From: an uncultured Gemmatimonadaceae bacterium
GTDB taxonomy: Bacteria > Latescibacterota > UBA2968 > UBA8231
DNA length: 64,000 nt
Reading direction: 5' to 3'
NCBI GenBank assembly: GCA_964591015.1
Contig: CAZPXM010000004.1
Coordinates: 10,517 to 74,516, forward strand
Below are positions 37,781 to 46,842 of this stretch, one piece after another. The translations under genes were made by a program, and so were the position numbers. Under the pieces are notes generated by a model that saw only the letters and a list, made by a program, of their open reading frames with translations, had not been told where the DNA came from and did no database searches. Each line of letters starts with the position of its first letter. The stretch's first letter is position 1.

Positions 37781-38914
37781 ATGAATCCACCAGCCAAGCT
37801 CCATGTCCCGATGAACGACCTGAAGGCCCAGTACGAGACGCTCAGGGACGAGATCGCCGCCGCGATGAGCGAGGTGATCGACGGCTGCAGCTTCATCCTG
37901 GGGCCGCAGGTGGAGCGCTTCGAGAAGGCCTTTGCCGCGTACTGCGGTGTGGCGCACTGCGTCGGCACGAGCAACGGCACGGACGCGCTCAAGCTGGCAC
38001 TGCTGGCGCTGGGCATCGGTCCGGGCGACGAGGTGATCACCACGCCGCACACGTTCGCAGCCACGGCCGAGGCTGTCGTGGAGGTCGGCGCGACCCCGGT
38101 GTTCGCGGACGTCGACCCGGCGACCATGAACCTGGCCGCCGGCCAGGTCGCCCGGCGCATGACTCCGCGCACGCGCGCCGTGATCCCGGTGCATCTGTAC
38201 GGGCAGATGGCCGCGATGGACGAGCTGTGCGGCCTGGCGGCCGCGCACGGCCTGCGGGTCATCGAGGACGCCGCGCAGGCTCACGGCGCTCGCTACCGTG
38301 GCAAGCGGGCCGGCGCGTACGGCGACCTGGCCTGCTTCAGCTTCTATCCCGGCAAGAATCTGGGGGCGTACGGGGACGCCGGCGGCATCACCGGAAACGA
38401 CCCCGCGGTCATGCAGCGTCTCCGCGAGCTGCGCAACCACGGCCAGGATCCACGTGCCAAGTTCCGCTACAAGGAGCTGGGATACAACCACCGCATGGAC
38501 GGCCTCCAGGGCGCGGTGCTAGGCGTCAAGCTGCGCCACCTGGAAGACTGGAACGCCCGCCGCCGGCAGATCGCCGCTCGGTACGCGGCCGGGCTGGCCG
38601 GCGTGGCGCCGGTACAGACCCCGTACGTCGCCGAGCACGCCGAACACGTCTATCACCTGTACGTGATCAGGGTTCCCGACCGCGAGGCGCTGGCCGGCGC
38701 GCTGGCCGCGGCTGGGGTGCAGACTGCGGTGCACTACCCCCAGCCACTGCACCTCACCCCCGCGTTCGCGCCGTACGGTGGTGGGCCCGGCTCGCTGCCC
38801 GTCAGCGAGCGGATCTGCACCGAGATCCTGTCGCTGCCCATGTACCCGGAGATGACCGAGGCGCAGATCGACCAGGTCATCGCCGCGGTGAAGGCGCACT
38901 ACGCGCGCCGATAG
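37781..38914 (+). CDS. DegT/DnrJ/EryC1/StrS-family sugar aminotransferase (ArnB/perosamine-synthase-like)
   Basis: MNDLKAQYETLRDEIAAAMSEVIDGCSFILGPQVERFEKAFAAYCGVAHCVGTSNGTDAL...DAAQAHGARYRGKRAGAYGDLACFSFYPGKNLGAYGDAGG is the canonical DegT family signature. Confidence 0.85.
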   Translation: MNPPAKLHVPMNDLKAQYETLRDEIAAAMSEVIDGCSFILGPQVERFEKAFAAYCGVAHCVGTSNGTDALKLALLALGIGPGDEVITTPHTFAATAEAVVEVGATPVFADVDPATMNLAAGQVARRMTPRTRAVIPVHLYGQMAAMDELCGLAAAHGLRVIEDAAQAHGARYRGKRAGAYGDLACFSFYPGKNLGAYGDAGGITGNDPAVMQRLRELRNHGQDPRAKFRYKELGYNHRMDGLQGAVLGVKLRHLEDWNARRRQIAARYAAGLAGVAPVQTPYVAEHAEHVYHLYVIRVPDREALAGALAAAGVQTAVHYPQPLHLTPAFAPYGGGPGSLPVSERICTEILSLPMYPEMTEAQIDQVIAAVKAHYARR

Positions 38915-38940
38915 GGCGCGGCAAGGCGGCCGGCTCCCGG

Positions 38941-39867
38941 CTAGAGCAGCCCCTTGGCGCGCATGAGCCGGCGCACGCGGCGGCGCCCGGCGGCGTCCAG
39001 GCGCGCGCCAGTGTCGCGGACAGGTCCGCCGGCCAGCCCGAGCATCTCGAGTCCGGCCTTGAGCATGGCATTCCCCAGCTCGCCGCGCAGGGCGGTCAGC
39101 GGCTCGAAGTAGTCGCGCAGCTCCATGGCGCGATCCCAGTCGCGCGCCAGCGCCGCGGCGTGGAGCTCGATGGACTTGGCGAGGGTGATGTTCGCCATGC
39201 CCGTGGTGAAGCCCACGGCACCGGCCAGGTAGTAGTAGGGGACCATGTTCTCGCCGCCGCCGGTGACGAACGGGAGCTTGCCGGCGGTGAGCCGCACCGC
39301 GGTCCGCACCCAGTCCACCGCGTTGCTCTCCTCCTTGATGGCGACCACCTGAGGCAGGCGCTCGAGGCGCGCGATGAGCCTCGGGCTGAGCAGCTGCGCC
39401 GTGGAGCGGAACGGGATCAGGCCGATGTCGATCGCGCGCGCGATGGCGGCGTGGCGCGCGAACAGCGCTGCCTCGCCGCGGTTGGCTTCCGGGACATGCG
39501 GCATCACCAGCACGCCGTCACAGCCCACGCGCTGCGCCTGCTCGGCCATGCGCACCGCCTGCGCGGTGGGACCGCCCACGCCGGCGATGACCCGGCAGGC
39601 GCCGCCAGCGCCCGCCACCGCGGCCTCGGCCAGGGCGATCACCTCGGCCGGACTCAGCGAGTGGAATTCGCCGGAGCCGCCGCAGACGACCAGCAGGCGA
39701 TCGCCGCTGATGCCGGCGAAGTGACGAGCGTTGCCCTCCATGCCGGCCAGGTCCGCTTCGTACCGGCCGCGACGATCCGTCGTGCTCTTGAACGGCGTCA
39801 TGACGAAGACGAAGACCCCGCGCGCGGCCAATGCGCTCCGCAGCGTTCCACCGGCGGCGCCGATCAT
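38941..39867 (-). CDS. DapA-family class I aldolase (dihydrodipicolinate synthase / N-acetylneuraminate lyase family)
   Basis: 308 aa from MIGAAGGTLRSALAARGVFVFVMTPF with RBS AGGAG. GTGEF-type motif region (LLVVCGGSGEFHSLS) and Schiff-base lysine region (VAIKEES). The N-terminal 53 aa of the track ORF were excluded. Confidence 0.75.
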   Translation of the reverse strand: MIGAAGGTLRSALAARGVFVFVMTPFKSTTDRRGRYEADLAGMEGNARHFAGISGDRLLVVCGGSGEFHSLSPAEVIALAEAAVAGAGGACRVIAGVGGPTAQAVRMAEQAQRVGCDGVLVMPHVPEANRGEAALFARHAAIARAIDIGLIPFRSTAQLLSPRLIARLERLPQVVAIKEESNAVDWVRTAVRLTAGKLPFVTGGGENMVPYYYLAGAVGFTTGMANITLAKSIELHAAALARDWDRAMELRDYFEPLTALRGELGNAMLKAGLEMLGLAGGPVRDTGARLDAAGRRRVRRLMRAKGLL

Positions 39868-39883
39868 GGACCGCTCCTTTCGC

Positions 39884-40732
39884 TCAGGCCCGGGGTGAGC
39901 GCAACCACGCCGGCAGCTCCGCTTCTGCGCGCCCGTTGTACGCGCACTGGGTGTAGGGGCAGTCAGCGCACACGCCCTTGAGCGCTGGCACGGGCGGCTC
40001 GCCCTTGACCGCTTCGACGCAGCCAATTGCCCGCTGCACCTGCTCCTCCGTGCCCTCGGCGACGAGGACCACGGCCCCCTCGTTGCCGCCGATGCCGCCC
40101 GCGGCCACCTGCATGGCGCTGACTCCGCTCAACGTCTCCAGCGCCTGGATCTCGGTGACCACGATGCCGTTCGACAGGCAGTACATGCCGAAGTTGGCGC
40201 CCATCGAGTAATCGAAGGTCTTGGCGCCGGTCCACCGCACCGCCTCGGGCACGGACGGGATCAGCTTCTCCAGGCCGACGGGAAAGATGTACCGCATACC
40301 CGTCGAGGTCATGTACCCGATCGTGGCCGCGACCGTGCCGCCGTCGAACCCGGAGGTGATGATGCCGACGTTGCCGTCCGGATCCACGGCATTGGCGCCC
40401 TTGATGACCACCGTCTCCAGGTGGAAGTCCGCGAACGCTTCCTGGACGGTCTTCTTCACCACCTGGCCCTTGTACAGGACCACGGGGATGCGCGGATCGC
40501 GGTCGCGCGCCGCGGTGACGCAGACGATGCCCCGGACGCTGGTGCCGGCGGTGAAGCGCTGCGGCTCCGCATCCACTCCCGCCAGCTCCTGGGCGATGAA
40601 CGCGTTGGTCGTGCCGCCGACGATGCAGACATAGGCGCGCTCCAGCGCCCGCTGCACTTCGGGAAGCTTGACCACGGCCCGCGCGATCAGCCGCCGCGAC
40701 TCGGCCGGCGTCAGCACGAACATGGCTCTCAT
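39884..40732 (-). CDS. conserved hypothetical protein with C-terminal Cys motif
   Basis: 282-aa ORF 16 nt upstream of the DapA-like gene on the same strand. Globular composition with a C-terminal CADCPYTQCAYNG motif. No family recognised by eye. Confidence 0.5.
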   Translation of the reverse strand: MRAMFVLTPAESRRLIARAVVKLPEVQRALERAYVCIVGGTTNAFIAQELAGVDAEPQRFTAGTSVRGIVCVTAARDRDPRIPVVLYKGQVVKKTVQEAFADFHLETVVIKGANAVDPDGNVGIITSGFDGGTVAATIGYMTSTGMRYIFPVGLEKLIPSVPEAVRWTGAKTFDYSMGANFGMYCLSNGIVVTEIQALETLSGVSAMQVAAGGIGGNEGAVVLVAEGTEEQVQRAIGCVEAVKGEPPVPALKGVCADCPYTQCAYNGRAEAELPAWLRSPRA

Positions 40733-40753
40733 GCGCTGTCTCCTCGCTGGCGC

Positions 40754-42646
40754 TCAGCCGTTCACCGCGTCGTGGCGCGCCAGCTCGTCGGCCACCCACT
40801 CGATGCCGAGCTCCTCGTACTTGGCCCGCGTGGGTGCGCCGAGGACGGCATCCCAGCCCGCCATGCGGTAGTAGGTTTCCAGCGCGGCGCGGAACTCGTG
40901 GCGCTTCTGCGCCACGCCCTTGAGCGGCCCGGCCGTGAAGGGCTCGAAGAAGCGGTCCGGGAGGTAGTCATCCTTGGCGGTGAAGCCCTCTCGGGCGTTG
41001 AATGCCCGCGCCATGGCCAGCCCCCTCTCGGCGGCCTTCATGAGCTCGAACAGCGAGGTGTTCCAGCCGGTGACCGCGCGCACGATCTCGGTGACGTCGT
41101 TGGGGGAGAAGGGGAGAAACAGGCACATGCCCAGCATGTTTTTCAGGATCGAGAAGTTGGTGTAGTGCCGGAACAGCCGCACCTTGGCCGGACTGAGATC
41201 GTCCTTCGGCAGCGGCTCCAGGATGCCGAACGCCTCCACGCCCGCCAGGCCCACTTCCGTGGTGAAGGCCGTGTCGTGGATGTTGTGGACGTGATCCGCT
41301 CCCGTCGGCGACAGCGCGTACCCCAGGCCGAGGCCGAACTTGTAGCGGGGCTCGTGCATGGGGACGGGCTGGCCCTTGACCTCGATGGCGAACGGTCGCG
41401 CGCGGGGCCCCCAGGCCTGGATGCACGCCTCGTAGCCGCGCGCCAGCAGATCGCCGATGCCCTCGCGCTTGATCGTCATCTCCAGGAGCCGGATCATGGC
41501 GTCGGCGTTGCCGAAGTTGGCCTTGATCCCGCCCGTGTCCGCCTCCGTGATGATGCCGTTCTCGAAGCACTCCATGGCGAACGATACCATCATGCCGCCG
41601 CCGATGGTGTCCAGGCCCGCCGCATTGCAGAGGGCGTTGCCCCTGGCCACTGCCTCCAGGTTGCCCACGCCGCAGTTCGAGCCCAGCGCTCCGGCGGTCT
41701 CGTACTCCGGGCCGCCGTAGATGGGGTCGGTCTTGTACTTGCCCTTCTTGACCTCGACCACTCGCTTGCAGCGGACGACGCAGCCGTAACAGGTGCCGCG
41801 CTGCTTGAGGATGGTGGCCGTCATCGTGGCGCCGGTGATCTTCTCCGCCGCCTCGAACTGGCCCTCCTGGAAGTTGCGCGTGGGCAGGCCGCCGTCCTCG
41901 TGCAGGCCCAGCAGGCCGCCATCCGTGCCATGGTCCGTCAAGCCCTGGTAGTGGGGCTTGCCCTCGCCGGTCAGCCAGGCAGCGAACCCCTTCAGGCGCT
42001 CGCGGTCCGCGGCACCCTTGCGGTGCGTGCCGTGGCAGGCCACGGCCTTGAGCTTCTTGGAGCCCATCACAGCACCCATCCCGCAGCGGCCCGCGGCATG
42101 GTGCAGATCCTCCATGACACAGGCGTTCACGACCAGGTTCTCGCCAGCCTGGCCGATGGCCGCGAAGCGCAGGTGTTCGTCCCCCAGTTCGGCGCGGATG
42201 CGCTCCTCCGTCTGCACCACGTCCAGCCCCCACAGCGCCTTGGCGCTGCGAATCTGCACCTCGTCGTCATGGATGTGCAGGTACACCGGCTCGCTGGCGC
42301 ATCCCTCGACGATCAACGCGTCATACCCGGCGCGCACCAGCTCGGCAGCGAAGAAGCCGCCGACGTCGGCCTCGCCAAAGCCCCCGGTGAGCGGGCTCTT
42401 GGCACCCACCGCCGACCGACCGCTGCCGGAAAGCTGGCTGCCCGTGAAGATCCCGGGCGCGAAGATCAGCTTGTTCTCCGGTCCGAGGGGGTCGACGCCG
42501 GGCCGCTGTTCCCGCAGCAGGTAGTAGGCCACGAACCCCCAACCCCCCAAGTACATTCTGTAGAAGTTCTCGTCAGGCTTCTCGCAGCCGATGCGGCCGC
42601 TGCTCAGGTCCACTCGGAGTATCTTGCCTTGGTAGCCGGTGGGCAT
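40754..42646 (-). CDS. aor: tungsten-containing aldehyde:ferredoxin oxidoreductase (AOR family)
   Basis: 630 aa from MPTGYQGKILRVDLSSGRI with RBS GGGAG. AOR N-domain and the pterin/4Fe-4S ligand region (RGTCYGCVVRCKRVV, EYETAGALGSNCGV, CNAAGLDTIGGG). The N-terminal 74 aa of the track ORF are excluded. Confidence 0.85.
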   Translation of the reverse strand: MPTGYQGKILRVDLSSGRIGCEKPDENFYRMYLGGWGFVAYYLLREQRPGVDPLGPENKLIFAPGIFTGSQLSGSGRSAVGAKSPLTGGFGEADVGGFFAAELVRAGYDALIVEGCASEPVYLHIHDDEVQIRSAKALWGLDVVQTEERIRAELGDEHLRFAAIGQAGENLVVNACVMEDLHHAAGRCGMGAVMGSKKLKAVACHGTHRKGAADRERLKGFAAWLTGEGKPHYQGLTDHGTDGGLLGLHEDGGLPTRNFQEGQFEAAEKITGATMTATILKQRGTCYGCVVRCKRVVEVKKGKYKTDPIYGGPEYETAGALGSNCGVGNLEAVARGNALCNAAGLDTIGGGMMVSFAMECFENGIITEADTGGIKANFGNADAMIRLLEMTIKREGIGDLLARGYEACIQAWGPRARPFAIEVKGQPVPMHEPRYKFGLGLGYALSPTGADHVHNIHDTAFTTEVGLAGVEAFGILEPLPKDDLSPAKVRLFRHYTNFSILKNMLGMCLFLPFSPNDVTEIVRAVTGWNTSLFELMKAAERGLAMARAFNAREGFTAKDDYLPDRFFEPFTAGPLKGVAQKRHEFRAALETYYRMAGWDAVLGAPTRAKYEELGIEWVADELARHDAVNG

Positions 42647-42874
42647 CGCTATTCTCCCGCGAGTTGGCCGTTGGCCATCGGGCTCGCGGCGGTCGGAGCC
42701 ACGCCAACCTGGCTCGCCGCTGCCGTGAACGCCGCCTGCTCGGTGTGAACCCGGAGCCCATAAGGTCTGCGATCCATCGTGACGCAGCAAGCCCCGCGCC
42801 CGGACTGCGGGTCCGCGGCCAGCAGGCGCGCCGGCCGCCGGCGCGCGCGCTGGGCCCGGGCGCCGCACGCCCGA

Positions 42875-43219
42875 TCAGGCGGCGTCGTCCTCCACGCCGA
42901 TGTGCAGCACCACGTCCTGCGGCAGGGCCAGCCCGGCTGCCACCTGCATGGCCTTGAACAGCGCCGCCGGCGTCACGCAGCCCGCACAGCCGCCGCAGAG
43001 CGCCCCGCGCGCCAGGGTCAACAGCCGGCCGCTGCTGCCCGCCGCCAGTTCCGCGTACGCATCCACCGGGCCGGTGGCGGCGAGCTTCTCCGCGAGGCGA
43101 GATATCCTCTCGCAGGTGCTGGATACCGAGAAGGCGACGTGCTGCCCGTCGTCGCTGGTGGCCACGATGCAGGTCCGGAACCCGCATATTCCCGGTTCGA
43201 TGCTGACGTGAGCGCGCAT
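42875..43219 (-). CDS. small Cys-rich protein (possible Fe-S/electron-transfer partner), hypothetical
   Basis: 114 aa from MRAHVSIEPGICGFRTCIVATSDDGQHV...ALCGGCAGCVTPAALFKAMQ with 8 Cys. Located 229 nt upstream of aor on the same strand. Confidence 0.4.
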   Translation of the reverse strand: MRAHVSIEPGICGFRTCIVATSDDGQHVAFSVSSTCERISRLAEKLAATGPVDAYAELAAGSSGRLLTLARGALCGGCAGCVTPAALFKAMQVAAGLALPQDVVLHIGVEDDAA

Positions 43220-43685
43220 CTGTGGGCTCTCGCTGGCTGCAGGGTGTCGTCGAGCGCAAGGCAGAGGTGGCACCGCGCTGGTTGGCCGGCGGTGCAGGCC
43301 GGATCCACGCAGTGACAGCCGCCCAGAAGCAGGACACTGCGGGCCCGCTCGGCAAGCGCCAGACCCGCAGCCGAGGCCGCCCAGCAGCCGCCAGACCCCG
43401 GTGGCCACGGGGCCGGCGACTGCGGCGGCAGCGGGCGCGACGCCGACCGATGCCGCGAGGCCCGAAGCCTGCGCGGGTGCGCAGGGTGGACACGGTGGGG
43501 CGGAAGCTCCTTCTTATCGGCCCATGCGGGGCAGCCGCGCGCTGCCCGGTTCCGGTCGTGGTCCTTTGCCGGGTGCCGCGCTGGCGGCGCGGGCAAGCCA
43601 GCGACTCCAGGGTTCGCTACCCCGCTGGCGCCGGCCACCCTCGGGTCGGCGCAGTATCCAGGGCGCTGCCTGCGATGAGGACGGT

Positions 43686-44651
43686 ATGCGGATGCCCAGG
43701 TTGTTCTCCCCCGACGCGGCGCCGCGCTGGCTGGTTCGTGCGGCGCGCGGCGCGCAGCTCGTCATGGGAGCCCTCCTGCTGCTCTCCGGGGCACTCAAGG
43801 TGTGGGAGCCGGTGCTGTTCTACTGGGAGCTCGTGCCGTATGCGCAGCTGCTCGGCGTGACCAAGTCATGGGCGGCGTTCGCGCGGGCCGGCCTGCTGGT
43901 GGCGCCCTTCGAGTGCGTGCTCGGGCTGGCCCTGCTGGCCAACTGGCGGCCGCGCTGGACCATGCCCGTGGCCGTGGCGTTGATGGCCTGGTTCATCGCC
44001 TTGATGCTGCTGGCGTGGAAGGCGGGGGCGACGGACGAGTGCGGCTGTTTCGGCACGCTCGTCAACAGGACCCCGGCCCAAGCAGCGGTGGAAGACGTCG
44101 TCATGCTCGCGCTGCTGCTCTTTGCCTGGTGGGGAGTGCGCCCAGGGCGGGCGTGGCGTCGGGCAGGGAAGCTCGTGCTCGGAGGCGCGGTGCTGTCGCT
44201 GCTGGTGGGAGGCGGACGCTTCCTGCCCGCGCAGGAGCGACTGGCCAACTCGGACCTGCTGCCCGGGGTCCGGCTGAGCGGCCTCGAGGTGAAGGGAGTG
44301 CCGTTCGACTTGCGCCAGGGCGAGTACTTGCTCGAGCTGTTCAGTCCGAAGTGTGGCCGCTGCATGGCATCGGCGCCGCGGCTCAACGTGCTCGCAAAGA
44401 AGGACGACCTGCCGCGGGTCGTGGGCCTCTCTGCCTTTGCCCACGACGGCGAGGAGATGAAGGAGTTCATCACTCGCTCCCGCGCGCAGTACCCCATCGG
44501 CACCATCTCGCGAACCGATTACTTCCGGCTCACGTGGAAGCACGGGTACCCGCGCCTGGCGTACGTGAAGAACGGCGTGGTCCGCCGCGTCTGGGAGCAC
44601 GACGAATTCCCGACCGAAGAGGCGGTGCGGGCGGCCATGGCGGCCCCCTGA
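43686..44651 (+). CDS. MauE/DoxX-like membrane domain fused to thioredoxin-like domain
   Basis: From MRMPRLFSP. Four hydrophobic helices and a CGCFG motif (MauE/DoxX family). The C-terminal soluble domain carries a CxxC thioredoxin-type motif (FSPKCGRCMASAP) and TlpA-like features. Confidence 0.55.
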   Translation: MRMPRLFSPDAAPRWLVRAARGAQLVMGALLLLSGALKVWEPVLFYWELVPYAQLLGVTKSWAAFARAGLLVAPFECVLGLALLANWRPRWTMPVAVALMAWFIALMLLAWKAGATDECGCFGTLVNRTPAQAAVEDVVMLALLLFAWWGVRPGRAWRRAGKLVLGGAVLSLLVGGGRFLPAQERLANSDLLPGVRLSGLEVKGVPFDLRQGEYLLELFSPKCGRCMASAPRLNVLAKKDDLPRVVGLSAFAHDGEEMKEFITRSRAQYPIGTISRTDYFRLTWKHGYPRLAYVKNGVVRRVWEHDEFPTEEAVRAAMAAP

Positions 44652-44726
44652 GCGGGCCACCGGCGGCCGCCGCGGCCGACGCGTGGGCCGGTCCACAACA
44701 GACCGCGAGAAGAAGGCACGATCCCG

Positions 44727-45848
44727 ATGAAGATCACGCGCGTGGAGACGCTGCTGGCCAAGCCGCGCTACCTGTTTCTTCGTCTGCACACGGACGAGGG
44801 GCTCGTGGGACTCGGCGAGCCGATCCTGGAGGGGCGGGCGCGGACGGTGGCCACGGCGGTGGCGGAACTGGAGCCCTATCTGTTGGGCAAGGATCCTCGC
44901 CGTGTCGTGCACCACTGGCAGGCCATGTACCGCCATGCCTTCTATCGAGGCGGTCCCATCCTGACCAGCGCGCTCTCCGGGGTCGAACAGGCGCTGTGGG
45001 ACCTGGCCGGGAAGGCCGCCGGCATGCCGGTCTACGTCATGCTGGGCGGACCCACCCGCGAGCGCGTCCGCATGTACCGGGGCGCGGGCGGCAGCACGCC
45101 AGAGCAGGCAGCGGCCGCAGTGCGCCAGCGGCTCGCCGAGGGCTTCACCGCAGTGAAGACCGGCGTGGCCGGCGGACGCCCGCCGCGACTGGTCGAGAGC
45201 CCGGGGTTCGTGGACCGCGTCGTGGCGAATTTCGCGGCGATGCGCGCGGCGGGCGGCCGCGAGCTGGACATCGCCATCGACTTCCACGGTGCCGTGAGCC
45301 CCCAGACCGCCATGCTGTTGATCAAGGCCCTCGAGCCGTACCAGCCGATGTTCGTCGAGGAGCCGATGCCGTGCCAGGACGTCGAGGGCATGGCCGAGAT
45401 CGCCCGCAAGACTCACATTCCCATCGCCACCGGCGAGCGCATCTTCACCAAGTGGGGTTTCCGCGAGGTGCTGGAGCGACGCGCGGCCAGCATCCTCCAG
45501 CCGGACCTGTCGCACGCCGGCGGCATCATGGAATGCCGGCTGATCGCCGGCATGGCGGAGAGCTACTACGCGGGCGTGGCGCCGCACTGCCCGCTGGGGC
45601 CCATCGCTCTGGCAGCGTGCGTGCAGCTCGATGCGGCGATCCCCAATTTCCTGGCCCAGGAGCACACCACCTTCGGGGCGGAGTACCTGAAAGAGCCATT
45701 CTCGTTCGCCGACGGGTACGTGGCGTTGCCGGCCGGTCCGGGCCTGGGCATCGAGCTGGACGACGACAAGATGGAGGCGATGGTCGATCACGACTGGCGC
45801 AACCCCGAGTCCTACCACCCGGACGATGGCGCGGTCGTGGACTGGTGA
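44727..45848 (+). CDS. enolase-superfamily enzyme (mandelate racemase/muconate lactonizing family; sugar-acid dehydratase-like)
   Basis: MKITRVETLLAKPRYLFLRLHTDEGLVGLGE...AIDFHGA...EEP...PIATGER. Metal-ligand spacing and capping/barrel domains of the MR/MLE family. Confidence 0.8.
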   Translation: MKITRVETLLAKPRYLFLRLHTDEGLVGLGEPILEGRARTVATAVAELEPYLLGKDPRRVVHHWQAMYRHAFYRGGPILTSALSGVEQALWDLAGKAAGMPVYVMLGGPTRERVRMYRGAGGSTPEQAAAAVRQRLAEGFTAVKTGVAGGRPPRLVESPGFVDRVVANFAAMRAAGGRELDIAIDFHGAVSPQTAMLLIKALEPYQPMFVEEPMPCQDVEGMAEIARKTHIPIATGERIFTKWGFREVLERRAASILQPDLSHAGGIMECRLIAGMAESYYAGVAPHCPLGPIALAACVQLDAAIPNFLAQEHTTFGAEYLKEPFSFADGYVALPAGPGLGIELDDDKMEAMVDHDWRNPESYHPDDGAVVDW

Positions 45849-45854
45849 GGGGTG

Positions 45855-45882
45855 TGGCCGGAAGGTAGTGGCCGGAAGGTAG
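45855..45882 (+). repeat. perfect 2 x 14-bp tandem direct repeat TGGCCGGAAGGTAG
   Basis: gtgTGGCCGGAAGGTAGTGGCCGGAAGGTAGacgag. It lies immediately after the enolase-family stop and before the first ATG (45897) of the next ORF. Coordinates +/-1. Confidence 0.7.
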
Positions 45883-45896
45883 ACGAGGGCGAGACG

Positions 45897-46712
45897 ATGG
45901 GCCGATGCGATCCATTGCCGGCCCGCCTGTTCGGGTACGGCGGCCTGTACGCGGTGCAGCGGGGAATCTCGGGCGAACTGCAGGCCGTGCCCACCGACGC
46001 ACCGACGGCAGCGGCCGGTCTGGCAGCGGCGCTGGCGGCGCTGGTGGGAGGCGGGGCCGCGGCTGCGGGCCCTGGCGACAGCGACTGGCACGTGTCCATG
46101 CCGTTCGGACGGTGCGGGTTGGCCGGTCTGCCCCGCGAGCATCTGCGCGTCTGCGGCCCGGGCGAAGCGCGGCTGGAGTGGATGGATGTCGACGGTACCC
46201 ACAGCGAGCTGCTGGGACCCGGACGGACGGCGTGCCTGGTGCCCGGCCGGGTGGCGCGGCTGTGGGTGCGGCCGGCTCCTGGCCGGCGGGCGCTGGTCGC
46301 CTTTCAGACCGAGGACCGCACGCCGCTCCAGGGCAACGCGGCACCCTTCACCCTGGACGGCATCGTGCCGGAGCACTATGGCGAACGCCTGCGCGTCTGC
46401 CATGCGGCGTTCGAGCGAGTCTGGAGTTGGGCTGCCGGCGAGCCGCATCGGTACCGAGAGGCGTTGGCGCGGTTCTTCACGGACATGGAGGCGCGCATCG
46501 GCGCCGATGCCGCGGTCGCCGCTACCCAGGCGGCCGCGCGAGCCACCGGCACCTACGATGTGGCGGACCAGGAGCCGCTGTTCGCCCGCCAGCAGGCGCT
46601 GCTGACGGCGGACGTGGTCGCCCGCATCGGGGCGGGTGCAGAGGAGCTGTTCCGCTTTCCGGGGATGTTCGGCGGCGTGGCGACCCTGTACAGATTGCTG
46701 CCGGCAGGCTGA
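45897..46712 (+). CDS. hypothetical protein
   Basis: ORF from MGRCDPLPARLFGYGG. It fills a ~1-kb gap that has no credible gene on the opposite strand (the minus-strand ORFs there are P/R/A low-complexity). No family recognised; could be non-coding. Confidence 0.3.
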   Translation: MGRCDPLPARLFGYGGLYAVQRGISGELQAVPTDAPTAAAGLAAALAALVGGGAAAAGPGDSDWHVSMPFGRCGLAGLPREHLRVCGPGEARLEWMDVDGTHSELLGPGRTACLVPGRVARLWVRPAPGRRALVAFQTEDRTPLQGNAAPFTLDGIVPEHYGERLRVCHAAFERVWSWAAGEPHRYREALARFFTDMEARIGADAAVAATQAAARATGTYDVADQEPLFARQQALLTADVVARIGAGAEELFRFPGMFGGVATLYRLLPAG

Positions 46713-46842
46713 GCGCCGCAGCGACGCCGTGCTGGTGCGCTGGGCGCTGCACGCCACAGGGGCGGACCGCGCTGCCGTTCTGCGGCGATCGACCTGGACG
46801 CGGCTGCCGGGGGCGCAGCGGTGCGTCGAGGAGAGCGACGCC

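Noticed and set aside
35414-38491. 1025-aa minus-strand ORF
   Set aside because: Antisense to the Wzz/SPOR, hypothetical and DegT genes. The translation is R/P/A/G low-complexity with no motifs.
40421-42748. 775-aa plus-strand ORF and nested 421-aa minus ORF over the AOR locus
   Set aside because: The AOR reading frame carries unmistakable family motifs. The alternatives are frame-shifted shadows with biased composition.
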